From contig CAZJVM010000012.1 in NCBI GenBank assembly GCA_964549305.1, forward strand, positions 1 to 44,039: a stretch of 44,039 bases of DNA. The letters are read 5' to 3'. The position numbers and the translations under genes were made by a program. The DNA is from an uncultured bacterium (lineage in GTDB: Bacteria > Schekmanbacteria > GWA2-38-11 > J061). Below are positions 28,883 to 38,044 of this stretch, piece by piece (the first letter of the stretch is position 1; the number at the start of each line of letters is the position of its first letter). Below the pieces are notes generated by a model. That model worked only from the letters and a program-made list of their open reading frames with translations. It made no database searches and had not been told where the DNA came from.

Positions 28883-31078
28883 CTATGTGTAGATTGACTG
28901 GATTTTTTTCAGGATTGCCACATTTTCGGAATGACCGGAAAGGTTTGCCGTGATTTTCCCTCTGATAGGCCTTCCGAGAATGAAGAAGTCGCCCAGTATG
29001 TCAAGTATCTTGTGCCTTGCAAACTCGTCCTTGAATCTAAGCTCCGTATTGATGACTTTTTCATTGTCGAGAAGCACCACATTGTTGAGGCGTCCGCCGC
29101 TTATAAGCCCCTTCTTCTCAAGATATTCCACATCTTTCAGAAAACCGAACGTCCTTGCGGGAGCGATTTCCTTTTTGAAACTTTCCGGGCTGTTGCTTAC
29201 AAATTCCGCGACCTGCTTCCCGATTGGCGCCGGATAATCCATTATGTATTTTACCGAGAAGCCGTCAAAGGGCTCTATCTTGATATATTTAGTTCCTTTG
29301 TCCTCACTTCCGTGAATTATTTCTCTGTCTATGACTATCTCTTCAACAATGTTTTCCTGCTCTACGACGCCTCCGTCTTCAATCAGCTCGCAGAAATCCT
29401 GTGCCGAACCGTCCATAATTGGTACTTCATCGGTAATCTTAATGAGAAGATTGTTAATTCCGTAGATGTGAAGCACTGCCATTATATGCTCTATGGTCTT
29501 TACATTGGATTTTCCCTTCTTCAGGGATGTGGCGTGCTCGGTAGACTCCACATTTTCCAATTTGGCTTTCACTGTCTCTCCTGTTGAGACATTTGCAAAA
29601 ACTATTCCCGTGTCGGGCGGTTGCGGAACAAGTATGAGTCCTGTCTTGAGCCCCGAATGAAGTCCCTGTCCGCAAAGGACAACACTCGTTTTGAGTGTTT
29701 TCTGAAAGGACCGCGGTTCTCCGTGTTTTTTCTTCTTTTTTGAAAGGCCAAAAGATTTTATTTTCTTCTCGAGGGTCTTCTTGCCTATACCCATCTCTTT
29801 TGACGACGCATTCAGGTCCCATTTATTTTTCTTGAGAATGGTTTTGACATATTCTTTTTCCCATTTCTTTTTTGCATCCTTCAGAGAGTATCCGTCATAA
29901 TCGAAAGTCCTCGTGTCATCTCTGCCCCTGATTATCGTTTTAACATCAGCATCCGATATGCTTCCCGTAGGCACGGAAATAGCAAGGCGTTCAAGAATAT
30001 TTTTCAATTCCTTCACATTGTTGGGCCATTTATACATTAAAAGCTCTGTCATAGCCTCATCGTCTATCTCGCGCATTCCCCTGCCGTAATCCTCGCTAAT
30101 TTCCTTGATAAAGCAGTTGACAAGTTCGGGTATATCTTCCCTTCTGTCTCTCAACGGAGGAAGATAAATCGAAGAGGAAAAGAACTCCAGCAATCCGGGG
30201 ATAAGTGTATCTGCGAAATTATCTCCGTTTACATCTTTTTCCGTTGCCGCGAGAAGTCTGAATTTGACGAAAAACGCTTTCTTGCCCCTGATTCTGGAAA
30301 ATCTTTTCGTTTTCAAAAGATTCAGGATTTTTTCCTGAGTTTTATGAGAGAGTTTGTCAATACCGTCGAGAAATACAGTGCCGTCAGATGCAAGTTCAAG
30401 CTTGCCCCGTTTCGACGCACCATTGCCGTTTTCCCTGTTTATTCCAAATATTTCCTGTTCCACAATCTCATCGGACACTGAAGCACAATTGATTTTTACG
30501 AAGGGTTTTTCACGCCGCACGCTGTTTTCGTGGATTATTCTTGCCACAAACTCCTTCCCTGTTCCCCTTTCTCCATATACCAAAATACAGGAATCATTGA
30601 GCGATGCTGCCTTTATCTGCTTTCTCACGTCTTCGATTTCATCGCTTTTCCCAACAAGTTTGAATCTTTTGACCAGTTCCCTTTTCATTTCGAGCTTTTC
30701 GCTGTTGATTCTCTTTCTCTCAAAGGTGCGGTTTATCGCCGAAAGAAGGACATCGAGGGACAGCGGTTTTTCTATAAAATCAGACGCGCCGAGTTTGAGC
30801 GCGCGAACCGCGGTATCTATGGTGCCGTGTCCGGACATAATCACGACTTCAAGGTCCTTTTGAAATTCCTTTATGTTTTTGAGTACTTCTATGCCGTCCA
30901 TACCCGGCATCCAGATATCGAGAAGGACCATGTCCGGAGGAACTTCCTTAATCATTTCAATCGCCTGAGGACCGTCAACCGCCTTGGATACATTGTATCC
31001 TTCATCGGTGAGTATACCTTCAAGCGTTGAACCTATATTTTTTTCATCGTCGACTACAAGTATGTGTCCTTTATGCAA
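28883..31078 (-). CDS. lpxC: Fusion of an NtrX-like response regulator (REC, degenerate sigma54-type AAA+, Fis-HTH) and UDP-3-O-acyl-GlcNAc deacetylase LpxC
   Basis: aa 1-120 receiver (VVDDE, D54 in LLDIWMPGMDG, FIEKP); AAA+ with GERGTGKE; HTH; aa ~459-731 LpxC (QKTL, GQGLHSG, TIEH, EVPIMDGS, IAPARTFGF, RHKILDILGD, SGH). Confidence 0.93.
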   Translation of the reverse strand: MHKGHILVVDDEKNIGSTLEGILTDEGYNVSKAVDGPQAIEMIKEVPPDMVLLDIWMPGMDGIEVLKNIKEFQKDLEVVIMSGHGTIDTAVRALKLGASDFIEKPLSLDVLLSAINRTFERKRINSEKLEMKRELVKRFKLVGKSDEIEDVRKQIKAASLNDSCILVYGERGTGKEFVARIIHENSVRREKPFVKINCASVSDEIVEQEIFGINRENGNGASKRGKLELASDGTVFLDGIDKLSHKTQEKILNLLKTKRFSRIRGKKAFFVKFRLLAATEKDVNGDNFADTLIPGLLEFFSSSIYLPPLRDRREDIPELVNCFIKEISEDYGRGMREIDDEAMTELLMYKWPNNVKELKNILERLAISVPTGSISDADVKTIIRGRDDTRTFDYDGYSLKDAKKKWEKEYVKTILKKNKWDLNASSKEMGIGKKTLEKKIKSFGLSKKKKKHGEPRSFQKTLKTSVVLCGQGLHSGLKTGLILVPQPPDTGIVFANVSTGETVKAKLENVESTEHATSLKKGKSNVKTIEHIMAVLHIYGINNLLIKITDEVPIMDGSAQDFCELIEDGGVVEQENIVEEIVIDREIIHGSEDKGTKYIKIEPFDGFSVKYIMDYPAPIGKQVAEFVSNSPESFKKEIAPARTFGFLKDVEYLEKKGLISGGRLNNVVLLDNEKVINTELRFKDEFARHKILDILGDFFILGRPIRGKITANLSGHSENVAILKKIQSIYT

Positions 31079-31089
31079 TTTCTCTCCTT

Positions 31090-33324
31090 TTAAGCCGCTT
31101 TGACAGGCAACTCAATTACAAAGATTGTTCCCTGAGGTTTGTTGTCTTTGACCCGGATATAACCGCGATGTTCGGATATTATGGAATTCACTATTGCCAA
31201 ACCCAGTCCCGTTCCTCTTTTTTTTGTGGAAAAATACGGCATAAACAACCTCTCCTTTATATTGGGAGGAATTCCCGTGCCGTTGTCGGAAATTTCAATT
31301 TTAACTGTCTGAAGTTCCCTTAAATAATCTATCTGTACGTTTATTTCCCCTTTTCCTCCCATTGACTCAATGGCATTGTCTATGAGATTTATAAAAACTC
31401 TCTTGATTTGATCAGGGTCAAGTTTGAGTTGTGGAACCGATTCAGTATTTATAATGTTTATTTTAACATTTCTCATACTTGTCTTGTAAAGAGAAATAGT
31501 TTCATTTGCCAAATCTTTTATATTTACGTCCACAGGGTTGAAAGACGGCATTCTGGCAAAATTGGAGAATTCATTTACCATATTCTTCAGGTCATCGACT
31601 TCCTGAATGATAGTATCGACGCAACTTCTAAAAATTTCGCTGTCTTCACTGCCGTCCTGAAAATACTTCTTTTTAAGGCGCTGAGCCGATAATTTTATAG
31701 GAGTGAGGGGATTTTTGATTTCGTGCGCTATACGCCTCGCCACCTCTCTCCACGCGGCAACTCTTTGCGCCCTCACAAGTTCCGTCGTATTTTCCAAAAC
31801 CATTACTAAGCCGATCTGACTTTTTTGGTTATCAAATAATTGGCTCACATTAACCATAAATGTAAACACCTCTCCCTTTATGTTGAGATTAACCTCTTCC
31901 TCGACGCTTATTTCCTGCATCTCTTCAAGTTCGAGAAGGATTCTTCTTAAGGGGTCTAATTTTGCAGTGGCAAAAACATCTTTGTAAAGTTTGCCGGTAA
32001 AATCGGACACTTTCATATAAAGCATTTCCTCTGCCGCGGCGTTTATTGTAGTTATTCTGCCCCATCTGTCACAGGAAATAACTCCGGTGCCAATATTCTC
32101 GAGAACAGTTTCGATATAGTTTCTTCGAAGGTCAAGCTCGCGGTTTGTCTTTTGAAGACTTCTGTTTTTATCCTGAAGGGCGATTTCCTTAACCTTGATA
32201 TCGTTGGTCATTTTATTGAAAGAATCCACAAGAATTCCTATTTCATCTTCACTCTTGTCATTGACCTTGATATCCATGTGAAAATCAAGATTGCCGCTCG
32301 ACACTTCTTTTGTCCCCTCGGCAAGCTGTCTTATCGGTATGGTTATTTCCTTTGCAAGCTGAAAACCGAACCACATAGCGGCAAAAATGACAAGAATGGT
32401 AACGATTGCAAACATAGCTATATAGCTGTTAGCTATGGGCTTCTTCAGTACCTCCTTCTGACGGTAGTCATCAAACGCGAGCGCGGCAGACCTTATGTCC
32501 TGAGTCAGGCTTCTTGAAAGATAATAGCCCACTGCAACAACACCTATTTTATTTTTTTTTCTGTTTTTAAGGGAAACCAGCCCATAGATGAATTCTCCGT
32601 CTTTGGCCGGCAAAACAGTGGACAGCTTATCCGTTAAGAGGATTTTTTCTATAACATCGTCGTCGGGTTCCACTTCCTTGTCATCGTCGATATCATCAGA
32701 TACCGCTTTTATTAACCGCTTCCCCTTGGCATCATAAACATTGATCAGGTTGATTTCATATTCCTTCAGCTTCGAATTGATATAGTTTTTGAGATAACGG
32801 CTGTTTTTTGACGCTATCAGGTTTCTGCGCACAATGGATTTGCCAATCGTGCCGGAATAATGCTCCGCCCGTTTCTTGATATCATCATAATATCGCTCGG
32901 AAACTTTAATTGCCCCCTGCAGTGACTGCTCCACAGGAACGCTGAACCAATACTCCATTGTTTGCGATATGAGGAATCTCGCATAAAAAAAGAGGACCAC
33001 AGAAGGAATGATAGTGAGCAGAAAGAAGGAAACAATGAGCTTTGTCCTGAATTTAGCGCCCGGCACAAGGCGTTGGCGCTCAAAATAGAGCTTTACGATA
33101 TTCCTTACAATGAGATAGACAAGCACAATGAGGAACATAAAGATGATATTGTAGAAGGAATAAAAAACAATGTAGTTCCCGATGGGAGATGAAGCGCTTA
33201 TATTCTGAGTGGTTATTTCAACTATTAGAAGAACAATAAAGAGAAGCACACATCCCGCAACTGCAATAATTGTCCTTCGCCTTTTAAAATCAGGTTCTCT
33301 GTGTGTTTTATTATTCTCAGACAT
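31090..33324 (-). CDS. ntrY: NtrY-like membrane sensor histidine kinase (TM, periplasmic domain, HAMP, PAS, HisKA, HATPase)
   Basis: GAKFRTKL, WREVARRIAHEIKNPLTPI.LSAQRL, VNEFS.FARMP, NLIDNA, DNGTG, PYFSTK, GTGLGL. Confidence 0.92.
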   Translation of the reverse strand: MSENNKTHREPDFKRRRTIIAVAGCVLLFIVLLIVEITTQNISASSPIGNYIVFYSFYNIIFMFLIVLVYLIVRNIVKLYFERQRLVPGAKFRTKLIVSFFLLTIIPSVVLFFYARFLISQTMEYWFSVPVEQSLQGAIKVSERYYDDIKKRAEHYSGTIGKSIVRRNLIASKNSRYLKNYINSKLKEYEINLINVYDAKGKRLIKAVSDDIDDDKEVEPDDDVIEKILLTDKLSTVLPAKDGEFIYGLVSLKNRKKNKIGVVAVGYYLSRSLTQDIRSAALAFDDYRQKEVLKKPIANSYIAMFAIVTILVIFAAMWFGFQLAKEITIPIRQLAEGTKEVSSGNLDFHMDIKVNDKSEDEIGILVDSFNKMTNDIKVKEIALQDKNRSLQKTNRELDLRRNYIETVLENIGTGVISCDRWGRITTINAAAEEMLYMKVSDFTGKLYKDVFATAKLDPLRRILLELEEMQEISVEEEVNLNIKGEVFTFMVNVSQLFDNQKSQIGLVMVLENTTELVRAQRVAAWREVARRIAHEIKNPLTPIKLSAQRLKKKYFQDGSEDSEIFRSCVDTIIQEVDDLKNMVNEFSNFARMPSFNPVDVNIKDLANETISLYKTSMRNVKINIINTESVPQLKLDPDQIKRVFINLIDNAIESMGGKGEINVQIDYLRELQTVKIEISDNGTGIPPNIKERLFMPYFSTKKRGTGLGLAIVNSIISEHRGYIRVKDNKPQGTIFVIELPVKAA

Positions 33325-34423
33325 AATTTCTCATAAACATTTTGCCTGAAACCTGCTTTACAGCACCGGTTATTTCAAGCTTCATTAGAATTGACGAAAT
33401 TCTGCCCATTGGAATTTCACAATCCTTTGAAATAATGTCAATATGCCGCGGGGTATCGTCAAGACGAGAAAGAACGGAGATTTCATCCCTGTCCCCCTTT
33501 AAAGCAACGGCACGCGATTCGGGATGCTCTCTGTTTTGAGCGGAAGGGAAAAAATCATTCATTGCATTCTCAATATCGTCAAATGAATCAACCAGTGTGG
33601 CACCGCTTTTTATGAGACCGTTGGTTCCTTTGCTCGTGGACGATATAATGCTTCCCGGAATCGCAAAAACATCCCGTCCCTGTTCGAGAGCGAAACGGAC
33701 TGTTATCAGAGTCCCGCTTTTTTCTCCTGCTTCTATGACAAGAGTTGCCCTGCTGATACCGCTGACGATTCTGTTTCTTCGCGGGAAATTCATCTTATGG
33801 GGAGGTGTCCCTATGGGAAATTCGGAAATTACCGCGCCCCTTTCGCAAATCGATTCGTAAAGTTTACGGTTCTCAGGCGGATAAACCCGGTCAATACCGC
33901 AACCAAGGACTGCAATCGTATAACCATTTTTCCTGAGGGCGCTTTTGTGCGCGATTGTGTCAATTCCCCGCGCCATTCCGCTTATTACGGCAATCCTTCT
34001 ATCCGCAATTTGACAGGAGAATTTCTCCGCCATCATTTTTCCGTATTCACTGGGTTTTCTTGTGCCGATTACGGAAATGCCTTTTACTTCACTGTGAAGT
34101 TTTCCCCTGCAGTAAAGCACAGGAGGTGGTGTGGATATTCCTCTGAGAGATTCTGGGTAACCGGAATCTTCCACGGTAATTATCGATATACCTCTCCTGG
34201 AAATAGCTTCAAGTTCTTTATCAGCATACTCACCATATATCATTGATAATGCTAATTTTATTTCATTGTTATTTTTCAGAATAGTATCGGGAAAACCGTT
34301 TTTTCCGGCATTGATGAGAGCAGACGCGCTTTCATAATGCCTCATCAGTTTTAAAAAAACTTCCGGTTTTTTGTACGCGAGAAGGTTTAATCCAATCCAT
34401 TCTTTTTTTTCATCGATACTCAT
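33317..34423 (-). CDS. dprA: DNA-protecting protein DprA/Smf
   Basis: YPESL, PPPVLY, VIGTR, SGMARGID, FPRRNRIVSG, EAGEKSGTLIT; C-terminal winged helix. Confidence 0.96.
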   Translation of the reverse strand: MSIDEKKEWIGLNLLAYKKPEVFLKLMRHYESASALINAGKNGFPDTILKNNNEIKLALSMIYGEYADKELEAISRRGISIITVEDSGYPESLRGISTPPPVLYCRGKLHSEVKGISVIGTRKPSEYGKMMAEKFSCQIADRRIAVISGMARGIDTIAHKSALRKNGYTIAVLGCGIDRVYPPENRKLYESICERGAVISEFPIGTPPHKMNFPRRNRIVSGISRATLVIEAGEKSGTLITVRFALEQGRDVFAIPGSIISSTSKGTNGLIKSGATLVDSFDDIENAMNDFFPSAQNREHPESRAVALKGDRDEISVLSRLDDTPRHIDIISKDCEIPMGRISSILMKLEITGAVKQVSGKMFMRNYV

Positions 34424-35070
34424 TTTTTCCGCTTATCCTCAACGAGTAAACTAATATCACCTATTATATCATTTAATACCTTTTCGGGTATCTTATATTT
34501 CACGCCCATATTTTCGATTGCCGAGACAACCTTATCCTTTTGGGAATCATTTTTCCCCGGCGAAACGCAATTCTCACAATCACGCTGTATCGCCTTTTCT
34601 CCCGAGGTTACGGAAATATCCTCGTAATCCTGGGAATCAGAGCTGAATGCGATGCATTTGTCCTTCATCATTTTTCTCTTCAAGCGGAGGTATTCATCGT
34701 CTGAAAGCCCTCTTTTTTTTCTTTCGATAAACCACGATATGTTTATTGCCAAGGGCGCGGCAACAGTTAATAGACCCGTAACCGTAGGACATCCGGTTTT
34801 CCCCCTGAATATCTTTCTTATTTGAGAATTAAACCCCTTGCCTATGGTCATCCCTTTGATTTCCCCCAACAATTCCTTAAAAAGAGGGCAGGTTTTTTCA
34901 GGCGTTTCATTCATTTCGAGTTCTACGTCTATAATCTCAAATTGTGGAAAGGTAACAAAAAGGATAAGGGTAATATCATGCACTACATCCTTAATAGACG
35001 CCCTCACCCTCATAACACCTTCTCTTATCTCGTCGAGATCGATGAGGATATTTCTAACGAATATTGACAT
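34420..35070 (-). CDS. DUF2889-like Cys-containing protein
   Basis: D.VHDI, P..TCP, G.TGCP and KCIAF pattern recalled for DUF2889; extra C-terminal CENC. Confidence 0.6.
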   Translation of the reverse strand: MSIFVRNILIDLDEIREGVMRVRASIKDVVHDITLILFVTFPQFEIIDVELEMNETPEKTCPLFKELLGEIKGMTIGKGFNSQIRKIFRGKTGCPTVTGLLTVAAPLAINISWFIERKKRGLSDDEYLRLKRKMMKDKCIAFSSDSQDYEDISVTSGEKAIQRDCENCVSPGKNDSQKDKVVSAIENMGVKYKIPEKVLNDIIGDISLLVEDKRKK

Positions 35071-35128
35071 TGGATTATCAATTCATAATTTAAAAGTTTT
35101 TACCCTTTGCAATAATGCTCCTTTACAC

Positions 35129-35157
35129 AATTTATCAGAGCGCATATGCGGTGTCAA
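35129..35157 (-). promoter_or_regulatory. Sigma70 promoter for DUF2889-dprA-ntrY-ntrX/lpxC
   Basis: TTGACA-17 nt-TAAATT with an extended -10 TGn. Confidence 0.65.
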
Positions 35158-35213
35158 TCATACCTCTTATGGAGTTTTAAAAGGATATAAGAGACATTCC
35201 GGCTAAAATGCTA

Positions 35214-35906
35214 TTACCTGACTCTTGCGGAAGGCAGAGGTTTGTGTCCGGCATTATTATCCACCGCGTCGCACAATTCATCGAGTTTCATTTTAAGCTC
35301 ATCTCTTTTTGATTCAATTTCATCCTTGCCGGCATCCTTATTTATATACATCGGTTCACCGAATCTTAAAAAAACACTGCTTGCCGGTTTCGGCACTATG
35401 AACCTGTCCCAACTGTTAAAAATCCAGTATTTGCCGGCACTCGCCCCTACGGGTATGATGGGCCTGCCTGAGAATTTTGCAAGATATAAGACACCGTCCT
35501 GAACACACCTTGCAGGTCCTCTCGGACCGTCGGGAGTGATGCCTATCTGCGTTCCTTCGTCCAGAACGGCAAACAATTCACGAAACGACTCATAGCTTCT
35601 TCGTGACGTTGAACCGCGTACGGGATTGTAACCGAGTCGTTTAAGCGCAGTCGTAATATACTCCCCTTCCCTGCTCATACTCACAAGAGGAGAACCTCCC
35701 GTATCCCTGAAATAACCCGTCACAAGGAAAAGACGCTGATGCCAGAAAACGCAGATAAAGGACTCCTTTTTATCCATTAGTTCTGAAACCGTACCACTCC
35801 CCTCGGTATTTACTTTACAACTTTTGTAGAGAGCCCTTACTGCGGGAATGCCCAATGATTTAATCAGGAGAAGGATGCTTTTTTCTTTAAGAGTAAATTT
35901 ACGCAT
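35214..35906 (-). CDS. DUF374 acyltransferase (LpxJ-like lipid A secondary acyltransferase)
   Basis: FWHQR, S.SREGE, RGST, ITPDGPRGP, SWDRFIVPKP; directly downstream of lpxB. Confidence 0.8.
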   Translation of the reverse strand: MRKFTLKEKSILLLIKSLGIPAVRALYKSCKVNTEGSGTVSELMDKKESFICVFWHQRLFLVTGYFRDTGGSPLVSMSREGEYITTALKRLGYNPVRGSTSRRSYESFRELFAVLDEGTQIGITPDGPRGPARCVQDGVLYLAKFSGRPIIPVGASAGKYWIFNSWDRFIVPKPASSVFLRFGEPMYINKDAGKDEIESKRDELKMKLDELCDAVDNNAGHKPLPSARVR

Positions 35907-35926
35907 TATAAGACGTGATATTTATA

Positions 35927-37057
35927 TTAAATATATTGCAAAAGTATGTCTGAAACCCGCTTTGAAACATCCGCGTTACCGAGCATATTTTTTAACGCGT
36001 TTAAATCTTTTCTCGTTTCTTTCAGTTTTCCCGGAGATTTGATTGCTTCGAGTACGGCAGAGGCAATATTCTCGGGATTAACTTCCTCCTGTTGAAGTTC
36101 CGGTACTATTTCTTTACCGGCAATGATATTTGCCAATCCCCAGTTTTTTATCTTCAAAAAACGTTTACCGACAAATTCCGTTATTTTGGATAATCTGTAG
36201 ATAATAATGAAAGGAATTCCGGTAATAGCCGCTTCGAGAGTCGCAGTGCCCGAGCATATGACGGCAAAATCGGATTTTTTCATAACGCTTCTTGCACTTT
36301 CATCAGTTATTTCCACGACAACTTTTCTGCCTGAGATATGCTTTTCCACGAAATTTCTGTCAAGTCCCGGCGCAAGCGGAAGAACGAATGAGACATTATC
36401 GGTTTTTTCCGCAATCAATTCTGCCCCGCCCACCATATCATCGAGAAGATATTCAATCTCTTTGACTCTGCTTCCGGGTAAAAGAGCAACTCTAAAACCT
36501 CTCTCCTTCGCGTCGCCGGGCACAGAAAAGTTTTCTCCTTCCATTATTTCAAGAAGCGGATGCCCCACGAATTCCGTATCAACTCCGACTCTCCTGTAGA
36601 TAGCTTCCTCGAAGGGAAGTATAACGAGCATCTTGTCAACGCGCTCCTTGATTTTTTTTATCCTTCCGCTTCTCCATGCCCAGACCTGAGGGCTGATGAA
36701 GTAAATCACCGGTATCCCCATTTTTTTCAATATTTCGGCAAGATAGAGGTTGAATCCGGGATAATCCACAAGAAGTGCCGCGGAAACATTATTCTTTGAG
36801 GCATAGTCAATGAGAGATTTTCTTACTTTTCTGATGACATTGGCTTTTGAAAACGCTTCCGTAAAACCTATTACGGACATTTCGTTCAAATGCCATAAAA
36901 GCTCCATTCCGGCTTCTTCCATTGCATCGCCTCCCGTCCCTGCAATACGCAACGAAGGAGCTTTTGTCTTCAGTTTTTTTATAATGCCCGAAAGATACAT
37001 ATCCGCCGAATGGTCACCTGATACTACAAGAAGTGACTTTGAATTGTCCATATCCAT
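35927..37057 (-). CDS. lpxB: Lipid-A-disaccharide synthase
   Basis: VDYPGFN, SPQVWAWR, ILPFE, FVGHPL, LLPGSR, SGTATLE, PELQQ. Confidence 0.96.
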   Translation of the reverse strand: MDMDNSKSLLVVSGDHSADMYLSGIIKKLKTKAPSLRIAGTGGDAMEEAGMELLWHLNEMSVIGFTEAFSKANVIRKVRKSLIDYASKNNVSAALLVDYPGFNLYLAEILKKMGIPVIYFISPQVWAWRSGRIKKIKERVDKMLVILPFEEAIYRRVGVDTEFVGHPLLEIMEGENFSVPGDAKERGFRVALLPGSRVKEIEYLLDDMVGGAELIAEKTDNVSFVLPLAPGLDRNFVEKHISGRKVVVEITDESARSVMKKSDFAVICSGTATLEAAITGIPFIIIYRLSKITEFVGKRFLKIKNWGLANIIAGKEIVPELQQEEVNPENIASAVLEAIKSPGKLKETRKDLNALKNMLGNADVSKRVSDILLQYI

Positions 37058-37084
37058 TCTAAGGTTTAATAGGAAAAGAAATAC

Positions 37085-38044
37085 TCAGTTATCTTTCAAG
37101 CTTGATAAAATATTTAGCGCAAGCTTAAGGGAGCGCAATTCGTCTTCTTCGGTATACATCCTCTTGCCTGTGCCAAGAATGCAGTCAACAAGATGCTTTA
37201 TCTGAAGCTTCAGAGGGTTGTCCTTGTAAACAAATATTCTTTCAATGAATGATTCCTGCTTATAGCGGATTTCCTGCCTGCTGACGAGATATCCTGAATC
37301 CGCCCTTCTGTGGATATGGATATCCTGGTCGGTATAATCGAGGAAGATATAGGCGTCCTTTTGGGTTATTGCAAGAGTGCGCAACTTGTTTTCCGAAACC
37401 CTGCTTGCGACTACCGTAGCGATACATCCGTTATTGAATTTAAGCTGTACGCTCGCCACATCATATCTGCCGGAACATATTTTCTTGCCGAAAGCCGAAA
37501 ACTCTTCCGGCATATCGCCTATAATATTGAGGATGATATCGAGGTCGTGAATCATCAAATCCATTACAACATTATCGTCCTGCGCCCTTGTTATGAAGGG
37601 ACCTATCCTTCTGCTTTCCATCAAAAAGGGATCTTTTACTATTTTTTTAAGCTCCTGTACTGCGCCGTTGAATCTTTCAACATGTCCGACCTGGAGAATA
37701 AGATTTTTTTTGTTGGCAATTTCGAAAAGCTCCTCTGCCTGTTTGTATTCAGTAGTAAATGGTTTTTCGACCAAGACGTGGACTCCCGCTTCGAGACATT
37801 CCTTCGCCACTTCGTAATGATTTTTCGTGGGCACGGCAATGCTCACAAAATCGACATTTTTCAGAAGTTCGCGGTAGTCATTATAGCCCTCTATCTGATA
37901 TTTTTCCGACAACTCTGAAACCTTGCCGGAATCAATATCGGCTATGCCGAAAAAATCCACATTATTAAGCTGTTCGGCATAGACGTTCACGTGATAATGA
38001 CCCATATGACCTGTCCCTATAACTCCCGCCTTTATCTTATTCAA
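37085..38044 (-). CDS. Gfo/Idh/MocA oxidoreductase, probable UDP-GlcNAc 3-dehydrogenase (GnnA-like)
   Basis: GTGHMG..H, HVLVEKP, QVGHVERFN, DLMIHDLD, ASRVS; located between lpxA and lpxB. Confidence 0.8.
   Translation of the reverse strand: MNKIKAGVIGTGHMGHYHVNVYAEQLNNVDFFGIADIDSGKVSELSEKYQIEGYNDYRELLKNVDFVSIAVPTKNHYEVAKECLEAGVHVLVEKPFTTEYKQAEELFEIANKKNLILQVGHVERFNGAVQELKKIVKDPFLMESRRIGPFITRAQDDNVVMDLMIHDLDIILNIIGDMPEEFSAFGKKICSGRYDVASVQLKFNNGCIATVVASRVSENKLRTLAITQKDAYIFLDYTDQDIHIHRRADSGYLVSRQEIRYKQESFIERIFVYKDNPLKLQIKHLVDCILGTGKRMYTEEDELRSLKLALNILSSLKDN

Noticed and set aside
28931-29587. 218-aa plus-strand ORF
   Set aside because: Antisense shadow of the LpxC domain with no recognisable motifs
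28883-31078. NtrX-LpxC as the activator of the cus sigma54 promoter
   Set aside because: It lacks GAFTGA, the Walker B Glu and the arginine fingers needed for sigma54 activation
37310-37918. 202-aa plus-strand ORF and other short antisense or alternate-frame ORFs in the track
   Set aside because: They lie within well-supported genes and show no family motifs
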